Origin: an uncultured Bacilli bacterium
GTDB lineage: Bacteria; Bacillota_I; Bacilli_A; RFN20; CAG-826
DNA: 61,175 nt
Assembly (NCBI GenBank): GCA_944342125.1
Contig: CALVMF010000001.1
Coordinates: 1 to 61,175, forward strand
Direction: 5' to 3'
Shown here piece after piece: positions 9,477 to 19,918 of the stretch. Position 1 is the first letter of the stretch, and each line of letters opens with the position of its first letter. A program made the translations under genes and the position numbers. The notes below the pieces were generated by a model. The model was not told the origin of the DNA. It did no database searches and saw only the letters and a program-made list of their open reading frames with translations.

Positions 9477-10122
9477 AATTTGTTTTAAAGAGATTAAAAA
9501 TGGGGCTTATCATGATTTTTTAAACAATGGCGTAATTTGTTATAACTGTTTAAGAGAAATGAATCCTGAGTTTATTGATTTTGAAATAGATGGCGTTAGT
9601 GGGTTAGCTATTTATGAATATGCTGATTTTGTCAAAACAAAGATTTTTGAGTTTAAAGGTTGTGGTGATTACGAGCTTAAAAATGTATTTTTAGGACCAT
9701 TTTCCACCGAATTAAGAATGATTTATCGAAATTATGAACTTGTTCCAGTTCCTTCATATAAAGACAAAGAAGAGAACAAAGGCGATCACGTTGTAGACAT
9801 GTTTTCTTGCTTAGGTTTAAAGATGCACGAAATTTTTATAAAAACCGAAAAGCATAAACAATCTGATCAAAATTATTTTGAAAGACAAAAAATTGGTAAT
9901 TATATTAAGCTAAAAGATGAGTTACCGGATTTTACTAACAAATCGATTTTATTAGTTGATGATATTTGTACAACTGGTTCAAGTTTAAAAGCTTGCCTTA
10001 AATTATTAAAGCAGTTAAATCCAAAAAGGATTAAGATACTGGTAGTAGCAAAAAGATTACTTCAGCCTGAAGAGATAGCGTTTTTACAACATAACAATGT
10101 TGTAGAAAGAAAATTTTTGTAG
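9379..10122 (+). CDS. comFC: ComFC-like phosphoribosyltransferase-domain protein
   Basis: Cys-rich N-terminus (CKICF..CYNC) and PRTase motif ILLVDDICTTGSS. It follows comFA. The ATG at 9379 overlaps comFA by 98 nt, and no better in-frame ATG/GTG/TTG is visible, so the true start is uncertain. Confidence 0.75.
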   Translation: MLPMGKLYSSRKEKLSILLKPDKQLSTPTKVCKICFKEIKNGAYHDFLNNGVICYNCLREMNPEFIDFEIDGVSGLAIYEYADFVKTKIFEFKGCGDYELKNVFLGPFSTELRMIYRNYELVPVPSYKDKEENKGDHVVDMFSCLGLKMHEIFIKTEKHKQSDQNYFERQKIGNYIKLKDELPDFTNKSILLVDDICTTGSSLKACLKLLKQLNPKRIKILVVAKRLLQPEEIAFLQHNNVVERKFL

Positions 10123-10301
10123 AAAAAGTCATTTTTTGCACTAATAAATTAAGATTTTAAGAATGTTTTACTAAAAATCTATAATTTTAATGTTCAAAAA
10201 TTTCTGAAAGCCTTTATCTAATTTTGTTAGCGACTCGATTGCCTAAAAATTAGAGAAAATCCGCTTTAGTTTCAATTTTGAGAGTGAAATAATCTCTTTT
10301 C

Positions 10302-10321
10302 TAACATTATATATAATGTTA
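10302..10321. promoter_or_regulatory. 20-nt perfect palindrome TAACATTATA|TATAATGTTA overlapping a TATAAT -10 box upstream of secA
   Basis: Read directly from the sequence. TATAAT lies at 10312-10317, about 35 nt before the secA ATG, with AAGGTG as the SD. Confidence 0.5.
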
Positions 10322-10353
10322 AAATCTTGTATTGCTTAAGGTGTTTTAGAATT

Positions 10354-12948
10354 ATGGGAAATGTTATTGAAAAAATTTTTAGAGTTGATCAAAGAATTTT
10401 AAAAAAATATGTTAAAGAAGCGAAGAAAGTAATGGCTTTAGCAGACACTATGAAGGCCCTTACTGATGATCAACTAAGAGATAAAACAAAAGAGTTTAAA
10501 GATAGGCTAAAAAATGGTCAAAGCTTAAACGACATAAAAGTTGAAGCTTTTGCTGTAGTTAGAGAAACTGCAAGAAGAGTATTAGGATTATATCCATTCG
10601 AATGCCAAGTTATTGGTGGTTTGGTTTTAAATGATGGCGATGTAGCTGAAATGAAGACTGGTGAAGGTAAAACACTTACTGCGACTATGCCAGTTTATTT
10701 AAACGCACTTGAAGGAAAAGGTGTTTATGTCGTTACAGTTAATGAATACCTCGCACAAAGAGATGCTAACGAAATGGGTCAAATTTATCGTTGGTTAGGC
10801 TTAACTGTTGGCGTTAATTTACATCGCTTAACAACTTCTGAAAAACAACAAGCTCATGCTTGCGATGTTACATATACCATTAACTCTGAATTAGGATTTG
10901 ATTATTTAAGAGATAACATGGCTCCTAGTAAAAGCCAACGTGTCTTAAGAGGGCTTAATTTCTGTATTGTTGATGAAGCTGATAGTGTTCTTATCGATGA
11001 ATCTCGTACACCTCTTATTATTTCAGGTGGCGCTAAAGCTTCGATGTCGCAATATCAAATTGCAGATCGATTTGTAAAAATGCTAAAACGCTCAACTGAT
11101 GTTGATGAAGATTATAAAAGAAAGCATCCTGAATATATTCCAGATGGCGATTTTGTTGTAGATGTTAAAACTAAATCATGTTCTTTAACCGATAAAGGCG
11201 TCGATAAGGCTGAGAAAATGTTTGGAATTCCAAATCTTTATGCTCCACAATATCAAGATTTAGTCCATAGAATTCATCAAGCACTTAAAGCTAATTATAT
11301 TATGACTCGTGATGTTGAGTATTTGGTTGACCAAGACAACACTATTCAACTTATTGACCAATTTACTGGACGTGTTTTAAAAGGAAGAGAATACAGCGAT
11401 GGCCTTCAACAAGCTATTCAAGCTAAAGAAGGCGTTAAAATTAAAGAAGAAACTGTCACACTTGCAACTATCACTTATCAAAACTTCTTTAGATTATTTA
11501 AGAAGATTTCTGGTATGACTGGTACAGCTAAAACGGAAGAAGAGGAATTTAGAAAAATCTACAATATGAAAGTTGTGTGTATTCCTCCAAATAAACCAGT
11601 AATTAGAAAAGATGAAATTGACTATATTTTTGCTACAAAGCCTGCAAAAATCCAAGCTTTAGTTAAAGAAGTAGCTGAAAGACATGCTAAAGGTCAACCA
11701 ATTCTTATTGGTACTCCAAGCGTTGAAGCTAGTGAAGAAGTCGCAAAATATTTAACTAATGCAGGTTTAACTTACGAAATGTTAAACGCTAAAAACCATG
11801 CAAGAGAAGCTGAGATAATTTCTCATGCTGGCGAAAAAAATCGTATAACTCTTGCTACTAATATGGCTGGTAGAGGCACCGACATTAAGTTAACCGATGA
11901 AACTAGAGCTCTTGGTGGACTTTGTGTTTTCGGCTTAGAAAGACATGAATCAAGACGTATCGATAACCAATTAAGAGGAAGAAGTGGAAGACAAGGTGAT
12001 CCTGGATTTTCGCGTTTCTATGTTTCGCTTGATGATGAATTGATGGTTAGATTCGCAAGCGATAATTTAAGAAAATCATTTGCTAACTATGGTGATGAAG
12101 CCATTGAATCAAGACTTTTAAGTAGTGCAATCACCAGTGCACAAAAACGTATTGAAGGTCAAAACTTTGATGTTCGTAAAAATTTACTTGATTACGATGA
12201 CGTTTTGAGCAAACAAAGACAAATTATGTATGCAAAGCGTGACCAAATCCTTTTTGCTGATAACATTAATGAATTACTCACCGAAACATTTAGAGATTGT
12301 GGCGTTGCGTTATGTAAGAGAAGTGTTTTTGATGAGCAAACAAATAGAACAGTCAGCGCAAAAAAATTACGTGAACTATCAGTTCCAAGATTTTTAGCCG
12401 AAGATACGATTAATTTTGATTTATTTGATGAAGCTACACCAGAAGAAGCTGGTGAAGATATTGGCGATGTTTTAATTGCTGCTTATCAAGTAAAAAGAAG
12501 AGAATGGGATGCTAAAACCGCTGACCAAATTGAAAGACAAATTACCTTAAGATGTATTGACAGAAACTGGACACAACAAATCGATAATATGTCTAGATTT
12601 AGAGAGTCTGTTTCTTTAAGAAGTTACGGTCAAATCAACCCACTTCAAGATTATGTTAATGAAGGTTGGGCTTTATTTAGAGAAATGCTTGAAACCATAT
12701 CATTAGAAGTCGTTTTGAATTTATTAAATGTAAAAGTTCAAAAGAAAGTTGATGAAAAAGAGACTTACGCAGTAAATACACAAGCACAAAACACTGTTCA
12801 TGAGCCAACTGAAAATGAGCAAGAAAAGAAAGTAGAACTTAAAGTTGTCCCTCAAGAAGGTAAGGCTAAAGATTTAAATATTACTGAAATCGATAAAAAT
12901 GCTAAAGCAGCTGTCGATCACGAATACGACGATATTCATACTAACTAG
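10354..12948 (+). CDS. secA: preprotein translocase ATPase SecA
   Basis: MKTGEGKTL Walker A, DEADSVLIDE box, long SecA-specific domains. Start chosen at MGNVIEKIF (ATG 10354); the track ORF begins at TTG 10327. Confidence 0.95.
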   Translation: MGNVIEKIFRVDQRILKKYVKEAKKVMALADTMKALTDDQLRDKTKEFKDRLKNGQSLNDIKVEAFAVVRETARRVLGLYPFECQVIGGLVLNDGDVAEMKTGEGKTLTATMPVYLNALEGKGVYVVTVNEYLAQRDANEMGQIYRWLGLTVGVNLHRLTTSEKQQAHACDVTYTINSELGFDYLRDNMAPSKSQRVLRGLNFCIVDEADSVLIDESRTPLIISGGAKASMSQYQIADRFVKMLKRSTDVDEDYKRKHPEYIPDGDFVVDVKTKSCSLTDKGVDKAEKMFGIPNLYAPQYQDLVHRIHQALKANYIMTRDVEYLVDQDNTIQLIDQFTGRVLKGREYSDGLQQAIQAKEGVKIKEETVTLATITYQNFFRLFKKISGMTGTAKTEEEEFRKIYNMKVVCIPPNKPVIRKDEIDYIFATKPAKIQALVKEVAERHAKGQPILIGTPSVEASEEVAKYLTNAGLTYEMLNAKNHAREAEIISHAGEKNRITLATNMAGRGTDIKLTDETRALGGLCVFGLERHESRRIDNQLRGRSGRQGDPGFSRFYVSLDDELMVRFASDNLRKSFANYGDEAIESRLLSSAITSAQKRIEGQNFDVRKNLLDYDDVLSKQRQIMYAKRDQILFADNINELLTETFRDCGVALCKRSVFDEQTNRTVSAKKLRELSVPRFLAEDTINFDLFDEATPEEAGEDIGDVLIAAYQVKRREWDAKTADQIERQITLRCIDRNWTQQIDNMSRFRESVSLRSYGQINPLQDYVNEGWALFREMLETISLEVVLNLLNVKVQKKVDEKETYAVNTQAQNTVHEPTENEQEKKVELKVVPQEGKAKDLNITEIDKNAKAAVDHEYDDIHTN

Positions 12949-12956
12949 GACTAGAA

Positions 12957-14067
12957 ATGATTGATTTATACGAACTTAAAACTAAATTAAATGAGGCTAC
13001 TGAGCGAATAAAACAGCTCGGTAGTTCTCTTTGACTTAGAAAAAATTGAGGGAAAAATTAAAGAATTAGAAGAAAGATCTTTAGACGACCATTTTTGGGA
13101 TAACCAAAGAGAAGCTAGCAAAATAATAGATGAAAAAAACGATTTGATTTACAAAGTCGATTTATTTAAAAAACTAAATACCAATATAAAAGATTTAAAT
13201 GAGCTTGCAGAAACTCTTGATGTTAGCGATGATGAAATGGCAAATCTTGTCGTTTCATCTTTTGACGACTTAAAAAAAGAACTCGACGAGTTAAACACAT
13301 TAGTTTTATTTAGCGGAGAATATGACAACTTAGATTGCATTATTCAAATCCATCCTGGGGCTGGCGGAACAGAAGCTTGTGATTGGGCGAATATGCTTTT
13401 AAGAATGTATGAGCGCTTTTGTGAAAACAAAGGTTTCTCTTACAAAATATTGGATTTCTTGCCTGGAGAAGAAGCAGGCGTAAAAAGTGTAACTTTATTA
13501 GTAGAAGGAAAGTATGCTTATGGCATGCTTAAGGGTGAAAAAGGCGTTCATAGATTGGTAAGAATTTCACCATTTGACGCTAATGCAAGACGCCATACAT
13601 CTTTTGCAAGCGTAAATTGTATTCCACAATTTGATGATTCAGTTAAGGTTGATATTAATCCAGCCGACCTAAAAATTGACACTTATAGATCAGGTGGAGC
13701 AGGTGGTCAAAACGTAAATAAAGTTGAAACTGCTGTAAGAATAACTCATATTCCTACCGGAATTGTTGTTTCTTGTCAAATTGAACGCACGCAACTTAAA
13801 AATCGTGAGTTAGCAATGAACATGCTTAAATCCCAACTTTTTGCTCGACAAGAGGAAGAAAGAAAGAATAAATTAAAAGGCATAGTAGGCGAACAAAAAA
13901 ATATTGAATGGGGTTCGCAGATTAGAAGCTATGTTTTTTGCCCATATACATTAGTAAAAGACAATAGAACAAATTACGAAGATACGCAAATTAGCAAAGT
14001 AATGGATGGAAACATAGACCAGTTTATTTTCTCTTATCTAAAGTTGGAGGCGAAAAAGGATGCGTGA
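12957..14067 (+). CDS. prfB: peptide chain release factor 2, requires programmed +1 frameshift (12957..13031 joined to 13033..14067)
   Basis: Frame 0 reads [25 protein letters not shown] then CTT TGA C. A +1 shift continues as [24 protein letters not shown] and joins the track ORF. SPF tripeptide and GGQ motif are present. Confidence 0.92.
13029..13035 (+). other. RF2 autoregulatory +1 frameshift site CTT TGA C
   Basis: Canonical CUU-UGA-C heptamer at codons 25-26 of prfB. Confidence 0.9.
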
Positions 14068-15112
14068 AATAATTAAAACATTTTTTAAAAAAGAAAATTT
14101 AATACGAAATATCAGAAGTTTAATCTTTGTTTTAATAGGCACTTTTATCCTTTCTATCGGAAACGCATTTTTCTTAATACCTTTTTCAATTATTAGTGGT
14201 GGGGTCAGCGGTATAACCATTTTAACTGCTGATTTTATTGCTCCTGATATAATGAGTTATATTTTAAACTGGACTTTGTTCGTTTTAGGATTAATCTTTT
14301 TAGGCTTTAAATTTACATTATCTTCGCTAATCTCGACTATTTTTTATCCTATTTTCTTATCTATATTCTTAAGAACTCCAATTCAGACTGAATTTTTAAC
14401 GGTCTTATTAAATGGGAATAATTTCATTTTAGATAATGGAATTATTACCAATCTTTCAGAAATTGATATAGTTAATGCTGGATTCTTGCTAGTAATTGGA
14501 TTTTTGGGCGGGATGCTTGTAGGTGTAGGATGCTCTATAACATTTCATGGTGGTGGTTCTACTGGCGGAGTAGATATTTTAACCTTTATTGTTTCTAAAT
14601 TTACTGGCGTAAAGGAATCTATTATATTTTTCTTGATAGACGGCGCAATTGTTTTAATTGGTATTATTATTGATGCTACAGTTGGTAATAGCATTGCCTT
14701 AATTGGTGGCCTTGTTGGAATAATATCGGCATTTATTTGTTCTCTCATGGTAGAAATTATTTATACAGGTCAAACGAGTGCATATTGTGTAGACATTGTA
14801 ACGGACAAAGTTGAAGAAGTTTGCAAATTTTCAATCGATGAACTTGATAGAAGCGCTACGATTTTAACTGTAAAAGGAGCTTATTCTAAAAGCGAAAAAA
14901 CAATGGTAAGAATCGTATTTTCTAGACGAGACTATAATAAAGTGCGTAACGCTATTGCTAAAATTGATCCAAAAGCTTTTTGCACTTTCTATCAAACATT
15001 ATTTACTGGTGGAGAAGGCTTTGATTCTATCTCGAGTGATAATGGAAAAAAATACATAGGTTTTTTAAAGAAAATTAAAATAAAGAAGAGCGATAAAAAT
15101 AAAGATGAATGA
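14060..15112 (+). CDS. YitT-family membrane protein with C-terminal DUF2179 domain
   Basis: Multi-pass hydrophobic N-terminal part ([17 protein letters not shown]) plus a soluble C-terminal domain ([11 protein letters not shown]...). Overlaps prfB and uvrB by 8 nt each. Confidence 0.75.
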   Translation: MREIIKTFFKKENLIRNIRSLIFVLIGTFILSIGNAFFLIPFSIISGGVSGITILTADFIAPDIMSYILNWTLFVLGLIFLGFKFTLSSLISTIFYPIFLSIFLRTPIQTEFLTVLLNGNNFILDNGIITNLSEIDIVNAGFLLVIGFLGGMLVGVGCSITFHGGGSTGGVDILTFIVSKFTGVKESIIFFLIDGAIVLIGIIIDATVGNSIALIGGLVGIISAFICSLMVEIIYTGQTSAYCVDIVTDKVEEVCKFSIDELDRSATILTVKGAYSKSEKTMVRIVFSRRDYNKVRNAIAKIDPKAFCTFYQTLFTGGEGFDSISSDNGKKYIGFLKKIKIKKSDKNKDE

Positions 15113-17090
15113 ATCTAAACCATTTGTTATACATAGCGAATTTAAACCAACAGGCGATCAACCTACTGCAATAAAGAAACTAGTTGAAGGTTTAAATGAA
15201 GGCAAAAAATATCAAGTTTTACTTGGTGCTACTGGAACTGGCAAAACTTTTACAATGGCTAATGTTATCGAAAAAGTTCAAAAGCCAACCTTAATTTTAG
15301 TTCATAATAAAACGCTTGCTGGTCAATTATATTCAGAAATGAAAGAATTATTCCCTGAAAACAGGGTCGAATATTTTGTTTCTAATTTTGATTTTTATCA
15401 ACCTGAAGCATATATTCCTTCTACCGACACATATATAGATAAATCTGCGCTTATGAATGAAGAAATTGAGATGATGAGAGTCAGTGCAGTTAATTCAATA
15501 GTTAGTCGAAGAGATACAATAGTTGTAGCTTCAGTCGCTTCAATTTATGGATTAACTGATCCTGATGAATATAAAAAACTTGTTTTCGATGTTCGTGTTG
15601 GTGAAGAGCTAAATAGAAAAGACTTTTTCAACAAACTTTTAAATTCTCAATACAAAAGAAACGATATAGATTTATCCCCAGGCAGATTCAGGGTTCATGG
15701 GGATTTAATTGATATCATGCCTGCTAACAGTGATGATTGGTATATAAGGATTGATTGTTTTGGTGACGAAGTTGAAACGATTGCCAAATGCAACTTTTTA
15801 ACAGGCGAAATTATTGAAAAATATCATTATTATGATTTATTTCCTGCTTATGATCACGCCGCCACAAGAGAAAACATCTTAAGAGCGTGTAAATCAATCC
15901 TTGAAGAGTTAGATGAAAGAGTAAAATACTTTGATTCTGAAGGAAAACCTTTAGAAAAAGAGCGAATTGAAATGCGTACTAAGCAAGATGTAGCTTCGCT
16001 TGAAGAGTTTGGAATTTGCCCGGGAATTGAAAATTATTCACGACATATTGATGGTCGTGCTCCAGGTCAAAAACCATTTTGCTTGATGGATTACTTTCCA
16101 AAAGATTATTTGCTTATTGTCGATGAAAGCCATGTTTCTTTTCCACAAGTTCGTGGCATGTATAATGGAGACCACTCAAGAAAAGTTACGCTTGTAGAGT
16201 ATGGGTTTAGACTACCTAGTGCCCTTGACAATAGACCTTTAAATTTTGAGGAATTTGAGGGTGAAATTAACCAAGTTATTTGTACCAGCGCAACACCAGG
16301 CGACTATGAGCTTTCTAAAACAAACGGAGAATATGTTGAGCAAATTATTAGACCAACAGGACTTTTAGATCCTGAAATTGAAGTTAGACCAACCCAAGGT
16401 CAGATAGATGACCTGATTAGTGAAATCAAAGAGAGAATCAAGAAAAATGAAAGGGTTATGATTGTAACTCTTACTATAAAAACAGCCGAAGATTTAACCG
16501 CTTTTCTTAAAGATAGAGAAATAAAAACTGTATATTTACATAGCGAATGTAAAACTTTAGAAAGAAGCGAAATTATTTACCAACTAAGAAAAGGAAAATA
16601 CGATGTTTTGGTTGGAATTAACCTATTAAGAGAAGGATTAGACATTCCTGAAGTGAGTTTAATTGCGATATTAGATGCTGACAAAGAAGGCTTTTTACGA
16701 AGCACAAGAAGCTTGATTCAAGTTGTTGGTCGTGCAGCTAGAAACTCACATGGAAAAGCCATTATGTATGCTGATTCCATTACGCAATCGATGCAAGAAT
16801 GTATCGATGAAACTAATAGAAGAAGAGAAATTCAAGCAACTTATAACGAAGAAAATGGAATTATACCAACAACCATTGTGAAGCCTATTACAGCGCCAAT
16901 TCATAATACCGAAAGTGAAGAGGAAGAAATTATTAACTCAAAAGCTAAGATGACCAAAAAAGAACTTCAAAAGAAAATTAAAGAAGTTGAAAAAGAGATG
17001 TATAAAGCATCTAAAGAATTTGATTTTGAAAAAGCTATCAAAATGAGAGACATTATGTTCGAGTTAAAAGCTGAATTAAATGGTGGCTGA
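15105..17090 (+). CDS. uvrB: excinuclease ABC subunit B
   Basis: [16 protein letters not shown] Walker A, DESH box, C-terminal UVR motif. Ends in TGA. Confidence 0.95.
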   Translation: MNESKPFVIHSEFKPTGDQPTAIKKLVEGLNEGKKYQVLLGATGTGKTFTMANVIEKVQKPTLILVHNKTLAGQLYSEMKELFPENRVEYFVSNFDFYQPEAYIPSTDTYIDKSALMNEEIEMMRVSAVNSIVSRRDTIVVASVASIYGLTDPDEYKKLVFDVRVGEELNRKDFFNKLLNSQYKRNDIDLSPGRFRVHGDLIDIMPANSDDWYIRIDCFGDEVETIAKCNFLTGEIIEKYHYYDLFPAYDHAATRENILRACKSILEELDERVKYFDSEGKPLEKERIEMRTKQDVASLEEFGICPGIENYSRHIDGRAPGQKPFCLMDYFPKDYLLIVDESHVSFPQVRGMYNGDHSRKVTLVEYGFRLPSALDNRPLNFEEFEGEINQVICTSATPGDYELSKTNGEYVEQIIRPTGLLDPEIEVRPTQGQIDDLISEIKERIKKNERVMIVTLTIKTAEDLTAFLKDREIKTVYLHSECKTLERSEIIYQLRKGKYDVLVGINLLREGLDIPEVSLIAILDADKEGFLRSTRSLIQVVGRAARNSHGKAIMYADSITQSMQECIDETNRRREIQATYNEENGIIPTTIVKPITAPIHNTESEEEEIINSKAKMTKKELQKKIKEVEKEMYKASKEFDFEKAIKMRDIMFELKAELNGG

Positions 17091-17140
17091 TTTAAGGAAA
17101 TTAGTCAATTTTTAACAAAAATCAATTTATTGTCTTTTTG

Positions 17141-17164
17141 GTATATATGTTTTAACATATATAC
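17141..17164. promoter_or_regulatory. 24-nt perfect palindrome GTATATATGTT-TT-AACATATATAC just upstream of the secG RBS
   Basis: Read directly from the sequence. It overlaps a TATATA -10-like hexamer. GGAGGA SD is at 17172-17177. Confidence 0.45.
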
Positions 17165-17186
17165 ATTGTTCGGAGGATGATTATTA

Positions 17187-17504
17187 ATGCAATGGTATGA
17201 TTATATATTCTGGGTTATCGCTTTTATTGTAATTGTCTTAGGATTATTGCAAGGTGGTAAAAGTGAAGGTGCATCTGGTGCTATTACTGGAGGCGGATTA
17301 AACGTTTTTGTCAAAACTAAAGAAAGAGGAAGTGAAAAAATTGTTTCTTATTTAACTTTAGGTTTTGGTATTGTTTTCTTATTTTTAGCTTTATTATCCA
17401 CATCTTTAACGGCTGCTCCAGTTGATGACGAAGCTGCTACAGAAGGTACTGAATCCGCAACCCAAACCGCAATAATGATTCTCCAATACTTCGCATTAGT
17501 TTAG
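17187..17504 (+). CDS. secG: preprotein translocase subunit SecG (with C-terminal extension)
   Basis: Two TM segments flanking a Gly-rich loop (LLQGGKSEGASGAITGGG). Confidence 0.7.
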   Translation: MQWYDYIFWVIAFIVIVLGLLQGGKSEGASGAITGGGLNVFVKTKERGSEKIVSYLTLGFGIVFLFLALLSTSLTAAPVDDEAATEGTESATQTAIMILQYFALV

Positions 17505-17581
17505 TATCATTTTAATATTAAGATTTTTCCTTTTTGTTTTTATATTTCAAAATGAGTTATAAAATTTTTTGAAGGAGTTTT

Positions 17582-18385
17582 ATGGTACAAATAAAAGATT
17601 ACGTTGCTTTAAAAAAAGATGAACTCAAGAAGAGAATTTTATTGTTGCCAAAAAAACCAACCTTAAAAATAATCCAAGTAAATGATGACTATGCTTCAAA
17701 TTCTTATATTAAAGGTAAAATCAAGGATTTAAATGAAATCGGAGCCAATCCAATTTTAGAAAAACTTAGTCCATTTACTTCGCAAGCAGAACTTTTAAAA
17801 ATAATTGACGAAACAAATAAAGATAAGAACGTAAATGGCTTTATTGTTCAACTCCCACTTCCTAAACAAATTGATGAAAATGTAGTTAAATGCGCTATTG
17901 ATCCAAAAAAAGATTTAGATGGATTTAATCCACTTACAAAGTTTAAAAGTGCTACACCAAAAGGAATTTTAACTTACTTAAAAGATCAAGGTTATGATTT
18001 TAAAGGGAAAAACGGCTTAATTATTGGAAGAAGTAATATTGTCGGAAAGCCAATGGCAAAATATTTGCTAGATGAAGATATGACAGTTACTGTCGCACAT
18101 TCAAAAACACCGTTAGATAATCTTAAATTATTTGTACAAAATGCCGATTTGATTATTGTTGCTGTTGGTAAACCTGAGTTTTTAAATAAAACGTTTACAT
18201 TTAAGAAAACTGCTTTTGTTATTGATGTAGGAATTAATAGAGATAAGGACAATCATTTGGTCGGTGATTGTGAAAAGGATTTGCCTGTTTCATATCAATC
18301 GCCAGTACCTGGTGGAGTGGGACTTTTAACAAGATTGGCACTTTTAATAAATTTAGTGGAGGGTTGTGAAAAATATGGACTTTAA
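17582..18385 (+). CDS. folD: bifunctional methylenetetrahydrofolate dehydrogenase/cyclohydrolase
   Basis: YIKGKIK, GFIVQLPLP, DVDGF-like DLDGFNP, GRSNIVGKP, PVPGGVG motifs. Confidence 0.92.
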   Translation: MVQIKDYVALKKDELKKRILLLPKKPTLKIIQVNDDYASNSYIKGKIKDLNEIGANPILEKLSPFTSQAELLKIIDETNKDKNVNGFIVQLPLPKQIDENVVKCAIDPKKDLDGFNPLTKFKSATPKGILTYLKDQGYDFKGKNGLIIGRSNIVGKPMAKYLLDEDMTVTVAHSKTPLDNLKLFVQNADLIIVAVGKPEFLNKTFTFKKTAFVIDVGINRDKDNHLVGDCEKDLPVSYQSPVPGGVGLLTRLALLINLVEGCEKYGL

Positions 18386-18968
18386 CATCGGACAAACAAA
18401 CGTATATGGATTAGAATTTGCCTTAAAAGCAAGTGGAAATCCAATGAGAACGGCTTTTGATAGAAGCGAATTGACTGAAAAAGACCTTTTAAGAGGGACA
18501 AAACTTGGACAATGTCATCCTGGAGAAGGACATGATAATTTTTTAAAAGGAATCGTTGTTGAGTTTGATGTTACCGCACCTTTATATTGGTGGAAACAAG
18601 CTCAAAGATACCATTTTTTTGAATATGTGTCTTCGCAATCAACAATGCATTGCTTATTAAAATTTGATATTGAAAAACAATGTGTAAAAGATACAAATAA
18701 AGAAGTCCTAGCCTTAGTTAATAAAATAAAAGATGAATATAATCAAATTAGTGATGAAAACAAAGATGAGAAAAAGGCTAAACGGAGAGAACTTGTAGCT
18801 TCTACCCCTTGTGGTTTTTGCTTAGGTGCAACTATGGTTACAAATTATCAACAACTTAAGACAATGTATTTACAAAGAAGATACCATAAGTTATCTGAAT
18901 GGCATATTTTCTGTGATTGGTGCGAAAGCTTACCTCACTTTTTAGAACTTACAGGCGTTTCAAGATGA
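18366..18968 (+). CDS. divergent ThyX-fold (Thy1-like) protein lacking the canonical RHR/SxRY signature
   Basis: GHDNFLKGIVVEFDVTAPLYWWKQAQRYHFFEYVSSQSTMH aligns without gaps to the ThyX core as I recall it (GHxxxxEHxxFTFxVxAPxxVxRQxxRHRxxSxxExSxRY). A C-terminal TNYQQL...R...EW region resembles the second ThyX block. Start is GTG 18366 or ATG 18375, overlapping the folD end. Confidence 0.55.
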   Translation: MKNMDFNIGQTNVYGLEFALKASGNPMRTAFDRSELTEKDLLRGTKLGQCHPGEGHDNFLKGIVVEFDVTAPLYWWKQAQRYHFFEYVSSQSTMHCLLKFDIEKQCVKDTNKEVLALVNKIKDEYNQISDENKDEKKAKRRELVASTPCGFCLGATMVTNYQQLKTMYLQRRYHKLSEWHIFCDWCESLPHFLELTGVSR

Positions 18969-19918
18969 AGATAGTACTATTAAATGATTTATTAGTTAAT
19001 AAAGAATTTTATAAAAATGTTGAAAGGGACTTAAAAAAACTCGGTCACGATTTTTTATATTATTTAGATAAACCTAAAAACAACGAAGAAATTATCGAAA
19101 GAATTAAAGATTGTGACATTTTAATAGATGATAATACACCACTTAGCGTTGAAGTGTTAAAAGAAGCAAAAAATCTAAAATATATTGATGTAGCTTTTAC
19201 AGGTGTAGATCATATACCTTTAAAGTATTGCCACGATAAGAAAATCGTTGTCTCAAATTGTAGTGGTTATGCAACAGAGGCAGTCGCTGAACTAATCTTA
19301 TGCTGTATTTTAACGCTTGCAAGAGATTTAAAACGTTTGGATAGTGAAATGAGGGAAGACAAGGCGAATATTAATTTTTTAGGTTCTGAACTTTCTGAAA
19401 GAGTCGTTGGAATAATTGGGACTGGAAAAATTGGTGGTCGACTAATTGAACTTTTAAGAGCTTTTAATTTAAGAATTTTAGCTTATAGTAGAACAATAAA
19501 AAAATCGATAGTTCAAAAAGGTGTAACTTATGTAGATTTAAATGACCTTTTGAAAAATAGCGATTATGTATGTTTAACCTTGCCTTTAGATGATTCAAGT
19601 TTTCATTTAATTGGAGAAAAAGAACTAAAATTAATGAAAAAGACTGCCTGCATTATTAACACTGCACGTGGTCCAATAATTGATGAAACCGCTTTGATTA
19701 ACGCATTAAAAAATAACACAATTAGGGGAGCAGCTCTTGATGTTTTTAACGTTGAACCTCCACTTGATGATAATAATGAGTTATTAAAACTAAATAATGT
19801 TTTACTAAGTCCTCATATCGGTTATAGAACAAATGAGGCTATGAAAAAGAGAGCAGAAATCGCTCTCTCAAATCTTTATTCTTTTTTAGAAAAGAAGACA
19901 AAAAATAGAATTATTTGA
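18965..19918 (+). CDS. D-isomer-specific 2-hydroxyacid dehydrogenase (PGDH/glycerate dehydrogenase-like)
   Basis: NAD fold GIIGTGKIGGRL, catalytic-region NTARGPIIDE and SPHIGY. ATG 18965 overlaps the previous stop (ATGA). Confidence 0.85.
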   Translation: MKIVLLNDLLVNKEFYKNVERDLKKLGHDFLYYLDKPKNNEEIIERIKDCDILIDDNTPLSVEVLKEAKNLKYIDVAFTGVDHIPLKYCHDKKIVVSNCSGYATEAVAELILCCILTLARDLKRLDSEMREDKANINFLGSELSERVVGIIGTGKIGGRLIELLRAFNLRILAYSRTIKKSIVQKGVTYVDLNDLLKNSDYVCLTLPLDDSSFHLIGEKELKLMKKTACIINTARGPIIDETALINALKNNTIRGAALDVFNVEPPLDDNNELLKLNNVLLSPHIGYRTNEAMKKRAEIALSNLYSFLEKKTKNRII

